A DNA stretch of 36,700 nucleotides from an uncultured archaeon (GCA_964388035.1 CAYLZE010000009.1:1-36700), one strand, 5' to 3'; shown: positions 17,781 through 27,840, counted from the first letter of the stretch. Made by a program: numbers and translations. Notes: generated by a model from the letters alone, not told the origin.

Positions 17781-18557
17781 ATGACAGATAAGTCCAATGT
17801 GGTTAAAATATTAGTTGACGGGCGTGGAGGAGTGGGGAAAACGACAATGCTTAAGGCTTTGGTCAAGGGCGACTTCGATTGCAGTACAAAAATTACCATT
17901 GGAGCAAATTTTTTTGCTAAAGATTATCATGTCTTAGGACACGATATAAAAGCTCAATTCTGGGATTTGGGTGGCGTGTGTAGGTTTGATTTTTTACGCT
18001 CCAATTCTTATGTTGGCGCAAATAGCCTCGTATTAGTAGTGGATTTGACACGTCCTACCTCTTTTGAGGAATTAGAATATTTTATTAAACTAGCCAAAAA
18101 TGCGAATGTTGATCCTCAACAAATCATACTAGTTGGGAATAAAACGGATTTATTTGATAATAGAATCGCCGATCCCTCGTATTTAAGAATCATTGTAGAT
18201 GAATATAATTTAGCGGATCTAGTTGAGACTTCTGCTCGATTTCGAGATAATTTAGAAGTAGTATTTGAATTAGCAATATTAATAGGGTTGAAGTCAAAAG
18301 GAGTCATTGGAGAACCGGAATATAATGATTATCGGGAATATCTTCGAGGAAGGATACAAAATGTTCTTAATTGTTTGAATGATACTCAAAAGATAATTAG
18401 AAAGTGTTGGAAATGTTCACGGTCCCTTTATTTTTCTGAATTTAGTTCGACGAATTCCAAATTATCAAAAGAGCGTTTAATTGAATTATGGGAAGCTCCT
18501 AATTTGGAATTTTATTGCTGTAGTTGTTATAAACAGTTCATGGAAGAATTAAAATAA
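17781..18557 (+). CDS. Rab-like small GTPase with a C-terminal Cys-rich (putative Zn-binding) domain
   Basis: G1 GRGGVGKT, G2 T, G3 WDLGG, G4 NKTD, G5 ETSA; tail CWKC...CCSC. Confidence 0.9.
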   Translation: MTDKSNVVKILVDGRGGVGKTTMLKALVKGDFDCSTKITIGANFFAKDYHVLGHDIKAQFWDLGGVCRFDFLRSNSYVGANSLVLVVDLTRPTSFEELEYFIKLAKNANVDPQQIILVGNKTDLFDNRIADPSYLRIIVDEYNLADLVETSARFRDNLEVVFELAILIGLKSKGVIGEPEYNDYREYLRGRIQNVLNCLNDTQKIIRKCWKCSRSLYFSEFSSTNSKLSKERLIELWEAPNLEFYCCSCYKQFMEELK

Positions 18558-18600
18558 TCTCATTTAAAACAAAACATTCTTATTGAGAAAAATAGATTCT

Positions 18601-19386
18601 TTAAGAAGAATCTAAATCAAGATCATTACCAAAAATGCTATTCACTATTTCTTTTACTTCTAAATAGCTTTTTGTATCATTCGGTAAATTAATAAGGGGT
18701 TTTCCTTGCAAATCATATTCATGAATATTGGGGTCCTCTGATATTAATCCTAAGATCGAAATTTCTAGCTCCTTTATTCGTTTTATCAAGGGATCTATAT
18801 TTCCAGTTGCTCGATTAATAACAATTCCGAAGTCCTGACATCCCGAAAATTTCATGGCACTTTTCTTTATAGAATGAGCAGTTTCAATACTTCTTAAAGA
18901 GAGATCGGAAAGTATGATCAAGTAATTAATGGCCTTGAATACTTGGCGATGAATTTGTTCCAAACCCGCCTCAGCATCTATTATAATCACATCAAAATCT
19001 CGGGAGATGTTCTCAATCACGTTTCTTAATAAGAGATTAGAAGGACAAAAGCATCCTGGACCCTCTGGTTGCCCCAGAGAAAGTAAGCAGAAATATTTGG
19101 TTTCTGTCATAGCATCATATACCTTGAAATCGATATTCTGGGCTATATCAGATACATTTTTATTTTTTTCAGAAACTTGTTGAATGAGATTTTTCCTAAC
19201 TGCTTCAATGCTTTTTTTAGGATGGATGTTCATCATATCACATAAGTGCGAATGGGTAGGATCCGCATCAATCAAGAGAATTTTGTACTTTTCAAGTTCA
19301 GAAAGTGCTTTAAAAAATAAAACCGTAAAGGATGTCTTTCCAACACCTCCTTTTCCCGCGATTGTTAAAATGAACGGTTTTTTCAT
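18601..19386 (-). CDS. cooC: CooC/AcsF-type nickel-insertion ATPase (CODH/ACS maturation)
   Basis: GKGGVGKT, IDADP, GPGCFCP (CxC), DAEAGLE. Confidence 0.88.
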   Translation of the reverse strand: MKKPFILTIAGKGGVGKTSFTVLFFKALSELEKYKILLIDADPTHSHLCDMMNIHPKKSIEAVRKNLIQQVSEKNKNVSDIAQNIDFKVYDAMTETKYFCLLSLGQPEGPGCFCPSNLLLRNVIENISRDFDVIIIDAEAGLEQIHRQVFKAINYLIILSDLSLRSIETAHSIKKSAMKFSGCQDFGIVINRATGNIDPLIKRIKELEISILGLISEDPNIHEYDLQGKPLINLPNDTKSYLEVKEIVNSIFGNDLDLDSS

Positions 19387-19409
19387 GGTATTATAATAGG
19401 TGCTTTTAA

Positions 19410-20177
19410 TTAATTACTAATTCTACTTCTATAGTCCAATACTTTACGTAATTCTTCACAAGTTTCAATATACGGGCATGCTTCACACCCCCATTCATAT
19501 TCACAATCTACTCGTTTTTTCCAATCATTTACTTTTTTAATCCACAGAGTATCTTCAAGTTCTCTAAGTTTGCCTGTAAGGGAAATCATTTTCTTAATAA
19601 TATCCAAGTAAGAATTGATAAATAATATTTCCATGGTTTTAATTATGGAAGGAAAATGAAGCCGGAATAAATAGAAGATCGCCTGGCCCAAAAATTCAAA
19701 CGAGAAATTTTTTTTTAAAACATCTTTTTGAATTCTGCACCAAAATCGGCGGGGAATACTACGAATGGAAAACCCTTCAATACTATTCGAGATAAATTGA
19801 AGATCTTTAAGTTGAGTCCGATCTTTTGAAGTGACATTTGTTGTTTGAATGAGGATTATCAATCCAAAATCTATTGCTAATTCTTTTAATTCTCTAATCT
19901 CAGGTCCTAACAAACTGATCCTACCGTCCTCGATATCTAAGGGATTATCCGAAGAATAGACTAAAGAAAAGGAAGTATTATTCATTCCTCCGAGCTCTAA
20001 ACTCGTTTCTTCTTGAAGAATAATCCCATTATGAGAATTTAGCGCTACATGAATGTTAGAATTTCTAATATACCTGGTGAGATCAGGCTCCACATGAAAC
20101 TCGTGATAGTCTTTATTCAATCGACGTTCATGTTCAATAAGCTTCATGATTTCGGAAATAATCTCGTTTTCTGACAC
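19410..20177 (-). CDS. Short acetyl-CoA synthase beta-subunit (CdhC)-like domain protein with a C-terminal 4-Cys motif
   Basis: LELGG...SFSL, DGRISLLGPEI, IEGF...WCRIQKD...FSFEFLG resemble the ACS beta middle domain; C-terminal CEYEWGCEACPYIETC; upstream of cooC. Confidence 0.7.
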   Translation of the reverse strand: MSENEIISEIMKLIEHERRLNKDYHEFHVEPDLTRYIRNSNIHVALNSHNGIILQEETSLELGGMNNTSFSLVYSSDNPLDIEDGRISLLGPEIRELKELAIDFGLIILIQTTNVTSKDRTQLKDLQFISNSIEGFSIRSIPRRFWCRIQKDVLKKNFSFEFLGQAIFYLFRLHFPSIIKTMEILFINSYLDIIKKMISLTGKLRELEDTLWIKKVNDWKKRVDCEYEWGCEACPYIETCEELRKVLDYRSRISN

Positions 20178-20321
20178 GACAAACTTAGAAAAGATTCACA
20201 TTTTTAATTTAAAAATTGATTGATAATTAAAAGTGTTGGTAATAGTTAATTATTTATACTTCTAATGTAAATCTAGTATTATTTATATTTAAAATAATAC
20301 GATTACAGAATTACAAAGAAC

Positions 20322-20741
20322 ATGATTTCTATTGAAAAGCCCGAGGATCTAATTTCCGTATCTTTACATAACATTTTTAATTATCGAGTTAATGAATGGG
20401 AATTCATCAGGCGTGTCAAGGATTGGAATAAGCAAGTCGTGCTATACCTCAAGCCTTTTTATCCCTTAACCATCATTTTTCAAGGAGAGGAGATCAGATT
20501 TGAACAGAAAGATACTCCTAAGGCAGATTTAAAAGTAACCCTCGAATTCAATGCCATGCTCGATATTGCCTATGGAAAGCTCAATCCCATAATGGCGTTA
20601 TTAACCGGCAAACTTAAAATTAAAGGGATCTTTAGGATAAAAACGTTATTAAATTTCATGAATATCTTCCTTTATACCATGAAGGTGGTAGCGGAGGATC
20701 CCACTCAGAACTATTTTGAAATGAACAAATCTCTTCGATGA
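20322..20741 (+). CDS. SCP2 sterol/lipid-binding domain protein
   Basis: ADLKVT...LDIAYGKLNPIMALLTGKLKIKG signature. Confidence 0.85.
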   Translation: MISIEKPEDLISVSLHNIFNYRVNEWEFIRRVKDWNKQVVLYLKPFYPLTIIFQGEEIRFEQKDTPKADLKVTLEFNAMLDIAYGKLNPIMALLTGKLKIKGIFRIKTLLNFMNIFLYTMKVVAEDPTQNYFEMNKSLR

Positions 20742-20754
20742 GGGGTGGATTGAA

Positions 20755-22233
20755 ATGACAACCATTAAAGAACGAAATTTCTTCAAAGATGTAAGTAAAG
20801 AGGATATCTTTAAAAAACTTGTAGAAATTTTCGGTCAGAGCAACGTTTCAAATAAAAATGTAGATTTATATCCTTATTCTTATGATATGACGGAAAGTAA
20901 GCCCCACATGCCCGATTTCATCGTGATTCCGGACAATAAGGAGCAATTAATTCAATTAATCAAATATTGCAACGAAAAACTCATCCCCATAGTTCCCTAC
21001 ATGACAGGTAATAACGTAGGTGGGTTAACAATTCCCGAGAAAGGAGGAATTATCGTGGATTTTGGAAAGAAAATGAAACGCATATTACATGTCAATGAGA
21101 ACATGATGTATGCCATTTTGGAACCAGGTGTTACTTTCGGACAACTCAAGAGTTATTTAGATAAGAACCATCCCAATTTAAGATATTCCTATCCTTTTGC
21201 TCCCCCCTATGCAAGCGTGGTTGGGAACGTGCTTCTGAGCGGGATGAATAATTTATCTTGCAAGGTAGGGGCCATGGCAGATAGCATTAACGGGCTAGAA
21301 GTTATAACCACGGAAGGAGATATCGTACGAACGGGCTCTTGCTTTTATGGAACTAAGGAAGCCGATCCCGATAGTTGGTGGTGTAGATATCCCATGCCGG
21401 ACTTAACCGGATTATTTGTCAATTGGCAAGGAATGACGGGGTTAGTTACTAAATGCGCGGTTCAATTATGGCCAAAATTGCCTATAAATAAAGTTATTGG
21501 CTTAGTTATATTCAATTTAGAAGATGTTGGGGAAATTTGCAGGGAAATTGGCAGAACGGAAGTGATTGATGACATTGCTATTGCCAGCACCGAAGTCGTG
21601 AAAATGTGTTGTGAAATTCCTGAACCAAAGAGATTTCCCCAAGAACCAAGAATGTTTTCGATTGCTGCAATTTCTGCGCATACCGAAAAAGAATATGAAG
21701 CAAAAATGGAAATTTACATGGAAGTAGTGAATAGATTAATTAATAAGGGCATGAAAATCTATCCTGTAAATAAATTTGATGAATTTATAAAACTCTTAAA
21801 TCTGCGCTTACGATGTTATGTAGATTTACCTGCAATGGTTTTAACGTTAGTTGAATACTCGGGATTAACTTGGTTTGGGAGTTATGCTCCCAGTCATAAA
21901 ATTGAGGTCATGTCCGCTAAGGTGGATGAATTATTTGAAAAATATGAAATTCCCTTCTTCTTATACATGAAACCCATGAGATACTCGCATTATTGTATAT
22001 TTCGCCCCATTATTAGATATCATAAATTTAAAGACGAAGAAAAGGTACATGCATTATTAAATGAAATAGCAGACGCCTTAATTCCTGAAGGAGCAATTCC
22101 TTACAAAGCCCCCTTCTGGTTAACTGAAAAATTGAGGAAGGTCATTAATCCCGGATGGCTGAAATTATTTGAAAAGGTGAAAAATACCATGGATCCTAAT
22201 GGAATTTTTAATCCGGGTCGTTGGAACACGTGA
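20755..22233 (+). CDS. FAD-linked oxidoreductase (GlcD / alkyl-DHAP-synthase-like, VAO/PCMH family)
   Basis: YSYD...PDFIVIP, GGIIVDF, EPGVTFGQL, GLVTK, C-terminal DPNGIFNPG. Confidence 0.88.
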   Translation: MTTIKERNFFKDVSKEDIFKKLVEIFGQSNVSNKNVDLYPYSYDMTESKPHMPDFIVIPDNKEQLIQLIKYCNEKLIPIVPYMTGNNVGGLTIPEKGGIIVDFGKKMKRILHVNENMMYAILEPGVTFGQLKSYLDKNHPNLRYSYPFAPPYASVVGNVLLSGMNNLSCKVGAMADSINGLEVITTEGDIVRTGSCFYGTKEADPDSWWCRYPMPDLTGLFVNWQGMTGLVTKCAVQLWPKLPINKVIGLVIFNLEDVGEICREIGRTEVIDDIAIASTEVVKMCCEIPEPKRFPQEPRMFSIAAISAHTEKEYEAKMEIYMEVVNRLINKGMKIYPVNKFDEFIKLLNLRLRCYVDLPAMVLTLVEYSGLTWFGSYAPSHKIEVMSAKVDELFEKYEIPFFLYMKPMRYSHYCIFRPIIRYHKFKDEEKVHALLNEIADALIPEGAIPYKAPFWLTEKLRKVINPGWLKLFEKVKNTMDPNGIFNPGRWNT

Positions 22234-22373
22234 TTTCCTATTTTACTCTTTTTTTTCGAAGAATCGTTTCGATTGGTATGAAAATATTATAGGATAACTT
22301 TTTAAGTATAAATTAGCTCTAATTATTCTACAGTAATTTCAATAGATTTTTAATTAAAAGGTAAAAATGGACA

Positions 22374-22547
22374 ATGTCAAGCTTAAAAGACAAATTAAAA
22401 GAAAGTGGAAAAAAAATTAAGGAAGGATCTAAAAAAGCAGGGAAAAAAATAGCAGACGGTGGCAAAAAGGTCGGTGGATCTGTTAAGAAGGCTGCCAAAA
22501 GAGAGAAAGAAGCTCCTTCCGAAGAAATTAGTGAAACTACGGAGTAA
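22374..22547 (+). CDS. Small Lys/Gly-rich 11-mer-repeat peptide with an acidic tail (57 aa)
   Basis: MSSLKDKLKESGKKIKEGSKKAGKKIADGGKKVGGSVKKAAKREKEAPSEEISETTE*; GC-richer than the flanks; T-tract downstream. Confidence 0.75.
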   Translation: MSSLKDKLKESGKKIKEGSKKAGKKIADGGKKVGGSVKKAAKREKEAPSEEISETTE

Positions 22548-22816
22548 GATATCCTTCATTCTGAAGTTCATTATATAAATTTTAACACATTTTTTTTATT
22601 TTTAGCATTTAAATGAATTATTAAACATTTTTCTCATTTTAGTCTAATCTTGCTAATATTTAAACCATGATCTTTTACTTATAAGAGAAAATTATCAAAT
22701 TTCTATCTAAGATAATAAAAGTAAAAGTTCTAAGTCAATCCAAAATTGAGTTTAACAAAATTAGTACATTATTTGGTAATCTCTCTGAGTCTAATCAAAT
22801 TCTTTACTATTTCTCG

Positions 22817-23326
22817 TCAATAATAATATAATTGAACTAAACCCGATTTATAAGAAACCACGTTTGATAACGTTAATTTAATTTCGGGATATTTTCCCAG
22901 AAATAATGGAATTCCATTTCCAAGCAATATGGGAATAATGGTAATGATAAATTCATCTATTAAACTTTTCCGCATGAATTGATGAATCAAATTAGCACCA
23001 CCTACTAACCACATATCTCCCTTATCTTCCTTCTCCATCTTAAAGAGGATGGATTGAATATTACCACTAACAAAATGAATGTTGTCTCCTTTATTAGCAG
23101 GCATTCTACTTGAGAAGACATATACTTCCTTCCCTTTATAGTCTTCTTGAACTTGCCTAAAGGTCGTACCTCCAATTAAAACAATGCTAATCTTGTTATA
23201 AAGTTCTTTAAAACCATAATCCTCTCCGCTGTTTTCATACATAGTTAGCCAATCAATAGACCCATCTTCTCTTGCAATATATCCATCCAGACTCATTGCA
23301 ATGTATACGATTATCTTATTCTTCAC
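22817..23326 (-). CDS. Dihydrofolate reductase / RibD C-terminal domain protein
   Basis: YIAMSLDGYIA, WLVGGANL, LIDEFIITIIPILLGNGIPLF. Confidence 0.92.
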   Translation of the reverse strand: MKNKIIVYIAMSLDGYIAREDGSIDWLTMYENSGEDYGFKELYNKISIVLIGGTTFRQVQEDYKGKEVYVFSSRMPANKGDNIHFVSGNIQSILFKMEKEDKGDMWLVGGANLIHQFMRKSLIDEFIITIIPILLGNGIPLFLGKYPEIKLTLSNVVSYKSGLVQLYYY

Positions 23327-23490
23327 ATAATTGAAAGGAAATGGGCAACCTAATAAAATTGTGGTCTATAATCTGAAAGAGTTAAAGAATTAAATATAAA
23401 TAAAACAAATTACAAATATCAAGTAATATTGAAGGTTAATTAACTATTCATATTTAAAGAGTAATTATAATTGAACTGAAGGATGTAGTT

Positions 23491-24684
23491 TTGACAGAGA
23501 TAAAAATCAGTGATGAGTTAAATGGAAAAAATTTTCTAGAAATGGCGTTTGAACGCTGTATCAAGTGTTCCACTTGTAAATATTCTTACAACGACTTTTT
23601 ACCGTCATGTCCTTCAGGGGAAAAATTCTTATTTGAGTCATATTGGGCATCAGGACGCATTCGATTGATTAGAGGATTAATAAAGGGCGAATTGGATTGG
23701 TCGGATGATTTAAAGCATGCAATCTTCGCATGTCCCACGTGTGGAGCTTGTTCTGATTCCTGCCAAGCACCGCATTCCGATTATATCATGGATATGATCG
23801 AAGCATTAAGAGAATTAGCAGTAAAAAAAATAGGACCTGGCCCGAATCAAGAAAAGTTAGTCCAACGCACGTTAGAAAATTTTAATCCTTATGGAGAACC
23901 CAATTCGAATAATGAAGATTTAAAAAAGAAATATAATTTACCGGATAAAGCAGAATGGGTATATTTTATTGGGTGTACTTCCAATTATCGCCAGCAAAAA
24001 ATTCGAGATGCCACCATTCAATTTCTTATTGATGCAGGAATTAATTTTACATTAATTGATGAGCATTGTTGCACCAGTCCCTTGCTGCGAACGGGGCAAG
24101 TCGACAACGTTAAGGATTTCATGAATTATAACATTAAGAAAGTTAAAGATGCGGGAAGTTCCAAAGTGATTACGAGTTGTGCGGGTTGCTATAGAACGAT
24201 GAAAAAAGATTTTGAGAAATACGGTATCGAGTCAGATGTTAACATATATCATACTATTGAGCTAATAAAGAATTTATTAGATGAGAAACAAATTAGATTC
24301 AAGGGAAAATTTAATAAGATAGTGACATATCATGACCCTTGTCATTTAGGAAGACACATGGGAATCTATGAAATACCACGAGAAATTTATAGAAAGATTC
24401 CTGGATTGGAATTAGTGGAGATGGAACGCAATAGAAATCACGCTTGGTGTTGCGGGGCAGGGGGAGGAGTTAAAATTGGATTTCCCGAATGGTCAATTGA
24501 AATCTCAAATGAACGATTAATCGAAGCAAAAGCCACGGGAGCAAGCATATTATCTTCAGTATGTCCCTTTTGTAGGACCAATTTAAGTGATGCTAACGAG
24601 AAATATGCGATGCGTTTTGACGTGCTTGATTTATTAGAAATAGTAGATCAAGTTGGTATTGAAAAGGTAAATCGAGGAAAATAA
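23491..24684 (+). CDS. Fe-S oxidoreductase, GlcF/HdrD-like (ferredoxin plus two CCG domains)
   Basis: CIKCSTC, CPTCGACSDSC, HCCT, SCAGC, YHDPCHLGR, CCGAGGG, CPFC. Confidence 0.9.
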   Translation: MTEIKISDELNGKNFLEMAFERCIKCSTCKYSYNDFLPSCPSGEKFLFESYWASGRIRLIRGLIKGELDWSDDLKHAIFACPTCGACSDSCQAPHSDYIMDMIEALRELAVKKIGPGPNQEKLVQRTLENFNPYGEPNSNNEDLKKKYNLPDKAEWVYFIGCTSNYRQQKIRDATIQFLIDAGINFTLIDEHCCTSPLLRTGQVDNVKDFMNYNIKKVKDAGSSKVITSCAGCYRTMKKDFEKYGIESDVNIYHTIELIKNLLDEKQIRFKGKFNKIVTYHDPCHLGRHMGIYEIPREIYRKIPGLELVEMERNRNHAWCCGAGGGVKIGFPEWSIEISNERLIEAKATGASILSSVCPFCRTNLSDANEKYAMRFDVLDLLEIVDQVGIEKVNRGK

Positions 24685-24746
24685 CTAGTAATTTAAAGAA
24701 TGGAAATTTATATTTATTAAATTATCTCATCACAACCGTGAGCTTC

Positions 24747-24908
24747 ATGATCTTAGCAATCTTGCTTTTTCTCTTGGAACTATTAGAAGGGGTTGAATTA
24801 GAAGGTGTAGATGTGGATGTAAAGCTAATTACGATCTTGATAGTTGTTTTTATCTTAGTTGTGATGATTGTTGGCAAGATATATGTAAAGTACTTCAAGT
24901 ACCAGTAA
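24747..24908 (+). CDS. Putative small membrane protein (53 aa)
   Basis: MILAILLFLLELLEGVELEGVDVDVKLITILIVVFILVVMIVGKIYVKYFKYQ*; hydrophobic helix followed by a basic tail; start uncertain. Confidence 0.45.
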   Translation: MILAILLFLLELLEGVELEGVDVDVKLITILIVVFILVVMIVGKIYVKYFKYQ

Positions 24909-24984
24909 AGATTTTTCTTCCATTATTCATTATCATGTATTAATTTAACCTTATATATTACTTATAATTTAGAATAAGATTAAA

Positions 24985-26469
24985 ATGGCTAAACCAAACA
25001 TAATTTTTATTTTATATGATCACCAAGCGTATTATGGACACGGTAAACTGGGAGGAGCCTCTCCAATAAAGCGCCCGAGTTTTGAAAAGCTGGGGCAAGA
25101 AGGCGTGAGATTCTCTCGGGCATACACGTGCTGTCCATTATGTGGGCCGGCAAGACGTAGCATGCTTAATGGGCTTTATCCTCATTCCCACGGTGAGATA
25201 AAAAATGACTCTTATGCTCCTTTTTTAGAAGAGGATTACTTAATAAAGCTTGCTAAACAAGAATATCATAATTATTATTATGGAAAGTGGCATGCTGGGC
25301 CTGGAAATGCACATGACCATGCTTGTGAAGGATTTAGTTATACTAGTTATGGAAATCCATATATAACAAGGGAATATCAGGAGTATTTGCAAGAACAGCA
25401 TCTTCCTCCCTTTGAGGTTGAAATTGTACAGAGTTTTCAAAAAAACTTAGAAAAAGGCTCTTATTATAAGCCACTACAATCCATGTACACCGAAAGCATG
25501 GCAGGAATAATGACTACTCCCAAGGAAACCCATGAGTCCTACTTTTTAGCTCATCTTGCTTGTGAAAAACTGGAACAAATAGCGCGCATTAATGAAAATA
25601 AACCATTCCATCTACGCGTAGATTTTTGGGGCCCTCACCAACCTTACCTCCCAGCACGAGAATTTTATGACATGTATGATCCTAAAGCAATACCAAAGCA
25701 TCCGAATTTTGATGATGATTTATCTGATAAACCAGAGATATATAAATACGAACATCATTATCCAATCAGCAAAGATTTGAAAATAATTCACCCCAATCCC
25801 GTTCCCTGGAGCACATGGCAAGAAGTTTTAGCGTGTAATTATGCAGAACAAACCATGTTAGATACTGCGGCAGGAATGATTATTAAAAGGTTAGAAGAGT
25901 TAGGATTAGCGGAAAATACTTTTATTATTTGGACCACGGACCATGGCGATGGATTAGCTTGTCATGGCGGTCATTTTGATAAAAATGCTTACATGCCCGA
26001 AGAGATGGTAAGAATCCCAATGGCGATTAAATATCCTGGCGTAATCGAAAAAGGGCAAACTAGAGATGAATTAGTAAATGTGATTGACTTTGCTCCTACC
26101 TTCCTCGATCTTGCAGGTACTTCTTTCTCCCAACCTGTGACAGGTAAGAGCATGTTGCCTTTATTGCGAGGTGCAAATAACGATTGGCGGGAGGATGTAA
26201 TGTGCGAAACATTTGGCCACCATTCTTCACATCTTGGAAGATTAGTGGTACACGATCATTATAAATATGTCTACAATGAAGGTGATATGGATGAACTGTA
26301 CGATTTATCGAGAGATCCATATGAACTCATAAATCTAATCAATGATAAAAATTCTTCTAAATTGCTGAGTGACATGAAATCGAGATTAAAAAAGTGGCGA
26401 GAGATGACAAACGATACTGTAACACAAGATATGATCGGAAGAAAACGTCTTAAACCATCTAAATCTTAA
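24985..26469 (+). CDS. Sulfatase (Cys-type formylglycine family)
   Basis: KPNIIFILYD, LCGPARRSMLNGLYP (CxPxR), GKWH, TTDHGD, ELYDL..DPYE. Confidence 0.92.
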   Translation: MAKPNIIFILYDHQAYYGHGKLGGASPIKRPSFEKLGQEGVRFSRAYTCCPLCGPARRSMLNGLYPHSHGEIKNDSYAPFLEEDYLIKLAKQEYHNYYYGKWHAGPGNAHDHACEGFSYTSYGNPYITREYQEYLQEQHLPPFEVEIVQSFQKNLEKGSYYKPLQSMYTESMAGIMTTPKETHESYFLAHLACEKLEQIARINENKPFHLRVDFWGPHQPYLPAREFYDMYDPKAIPKHPNFDDDLSDKPEIYKYEHHYPISKDLKIIHPNPVPWSTWQEVLACNYAEQTMLDTAAGMIIKRLEELGLAENTFIIWTTDHGDGLACHGGHFDKNAYMPEEMVRIPMAIKYPGVIEKGQTRDELVNVIDFAPTFLDLAGTSFSQPVTGKSMLPLLRGANNDWREDVMCETFGHHSSHLGRLVVHDHYKYVYNEGDMDELYDLSRDPYELINLINDKNSSKLLSDMKSRLKKWREMTNDTVTQDMIGRKRLKPSKS

Positions 26470-26633
26470 TCTCATTTTACTTAATAATAGAATAGGAAGG
26501 CGTGGCTAATCTCCTTCCTTAGTTTCCCAGATTTGTAAGTGGTTTAAGAGTTTTAAATCTTTATGATTATATGAGATATCAAGTATCTATATCATAAAAA
26601 AAATATTTAATAATTGTTAATATTAACAAAAAT

Positions 26634-27041
26634 ATGAATGAGAAAGAAAAATCAGCGTTAAAAAATGAGATCATGCAGATGTTGAAATCGTTTGATAAAC
26701 TATATGCAAGAGAAGGAAAAGATGATGAATTTAACAATTTTCTTCATGAGGAAGTCTTTGCAATAACCCCAGATGAAGCAAAAAGAGTTAATGGCAGAAT
26801 TAATTGCATAAATACTTGGAAAAAGCGTTATGCTGGAAAAAAGATTTACTCTTGGAACGCACATGATCATGAAATTCATCTTTATGGTAAAGGAGAATTT
26901 GCTGTCATGAGCTACTATTTTGATATGGTATATGATGTTAAAGGAAAGAAAACTAATTATAAAGGAAGGGACATGATCGTGTTGGTTAAAGAAAATGGAA
27001 AATGGTTAATAGTTGCTGACCAATTTTCTCCTTCTCCATAA
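26634..27041 (+). CDS. NTF2/SnoaL-like (DUF4440-type) protein
   Basis: About 135 aa with C-terminal GRDMIVLVKENGKWLIVADQFS. Confidence 0.75.
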   Translation: MNEKEKSALKNEIMQMLKSFDKLYAREGKDDEFNNFLHEEVFAITPDEAKRVNGRINCINTWKKRYAGKKIYSWNAHDHEIHLYGKGEFAVMSYYFDMVYDVKGKKTNYKGRDMIVLVKENGKWLIVADQFSPSP

Positions 27042-27117
27042 ATATATAAGACGGGATAGATTTGAAACCATGTGCTCTTACTCCACTTAAAAAATAAAAA
27101 GGAAATTATAGTTAAAA

Positions 27118-27729
27118 ATGAATTCAAAATATTTGGAAAGCACTTACTTTATCGATTCGGGTTCTACTCTCATCCAACAACTTGTCTCATCCTTGAAAAT
27201 AGGTCCGAATGATAATATAATTGAAAAAGCAAGGGCTATCTTTTATTTCACGCGGGATGAGATAAAATATGATCCATATACGAGTTTCGTTGATATTAAA
27301 AGTCACTATAAAGCATCTTATATATTAAAGAGAAAAAAGGGCTGGTGCGTTCAAAAAGCTTGTGTTTTGACGGCACTCGCACGGGCATTAAAGATCCCTT
27401 CCCGCTTGCATTTTGCAGATATTATTAATCATAAAGTGCCCGAGAAATTAAAAGAAATAATGGGAACGAATAAATTTGTTTTTCATGGTTTTACAGAACT
27501 TTATTTGAACGAGAAATGGATCAAGGCCACTCCTGCGTTTAATATTGAAATGTGTGAAAAACTGGGATTACCAACGGTGGAATTTGATGGGATAAATGAT
27601 GGAGTTTTGCCTGATACCACGTTAATGGGAGAAAAATACATAGAATATGTTAAGGATAGAGGGTCTTATCATGATTTCCCATTCGAACTTATATTTAAAA
27701 CGCTGAAGGATTATTATGACTTTGTGTGA
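27118..27729 (+). CDS. Transglutaminase-like protein
   Basis: RDEIKYDP, GWCVQKA (catalytic Cys), FHGFTELY...WIKATPAFN. Confidence 0.88.
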   Translation: MNSKYLESTYFIDSGSTLIQQLVSSLKIGPNDNIIEKARAIFYFTRDEIKYDPYTSFVDIKSHYKASYILKRKKGWCVQKACVLTALARALKIPSRLHFADIINHKVPEKLKEIMGTNKFVFHGFTELYLNEKWIKATPAFNIEMCEKLGLPTVEFDGINDGVLPDTTLMGEKYIEYVKDRGSYHDFPFELIFKTLKDYYDFV

Positions 27730-27840
27730 TAAAATTTTGTATTCTTCTGATAATCTCTAAAAATTAAATTTATGAACTTATAATCAGATTTTTTAAGGGA
27801 AATAAATTCTTTAGGGGGGTCATTGGAAGTAAAATAAGAA

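Noticed and set aside
17711-17899. 62-aa minus-strand ORF overlapping the GTPase start
   Set aside because: Antisense to the P-loop coding region
26494-26519. Hairpin AGGAAGG...CCTTCCT after the sulfatase
   Set aside because: Short stem with no AUGA/GA core and no upstream in-frame UGA; at most a terminator or stability hairpin
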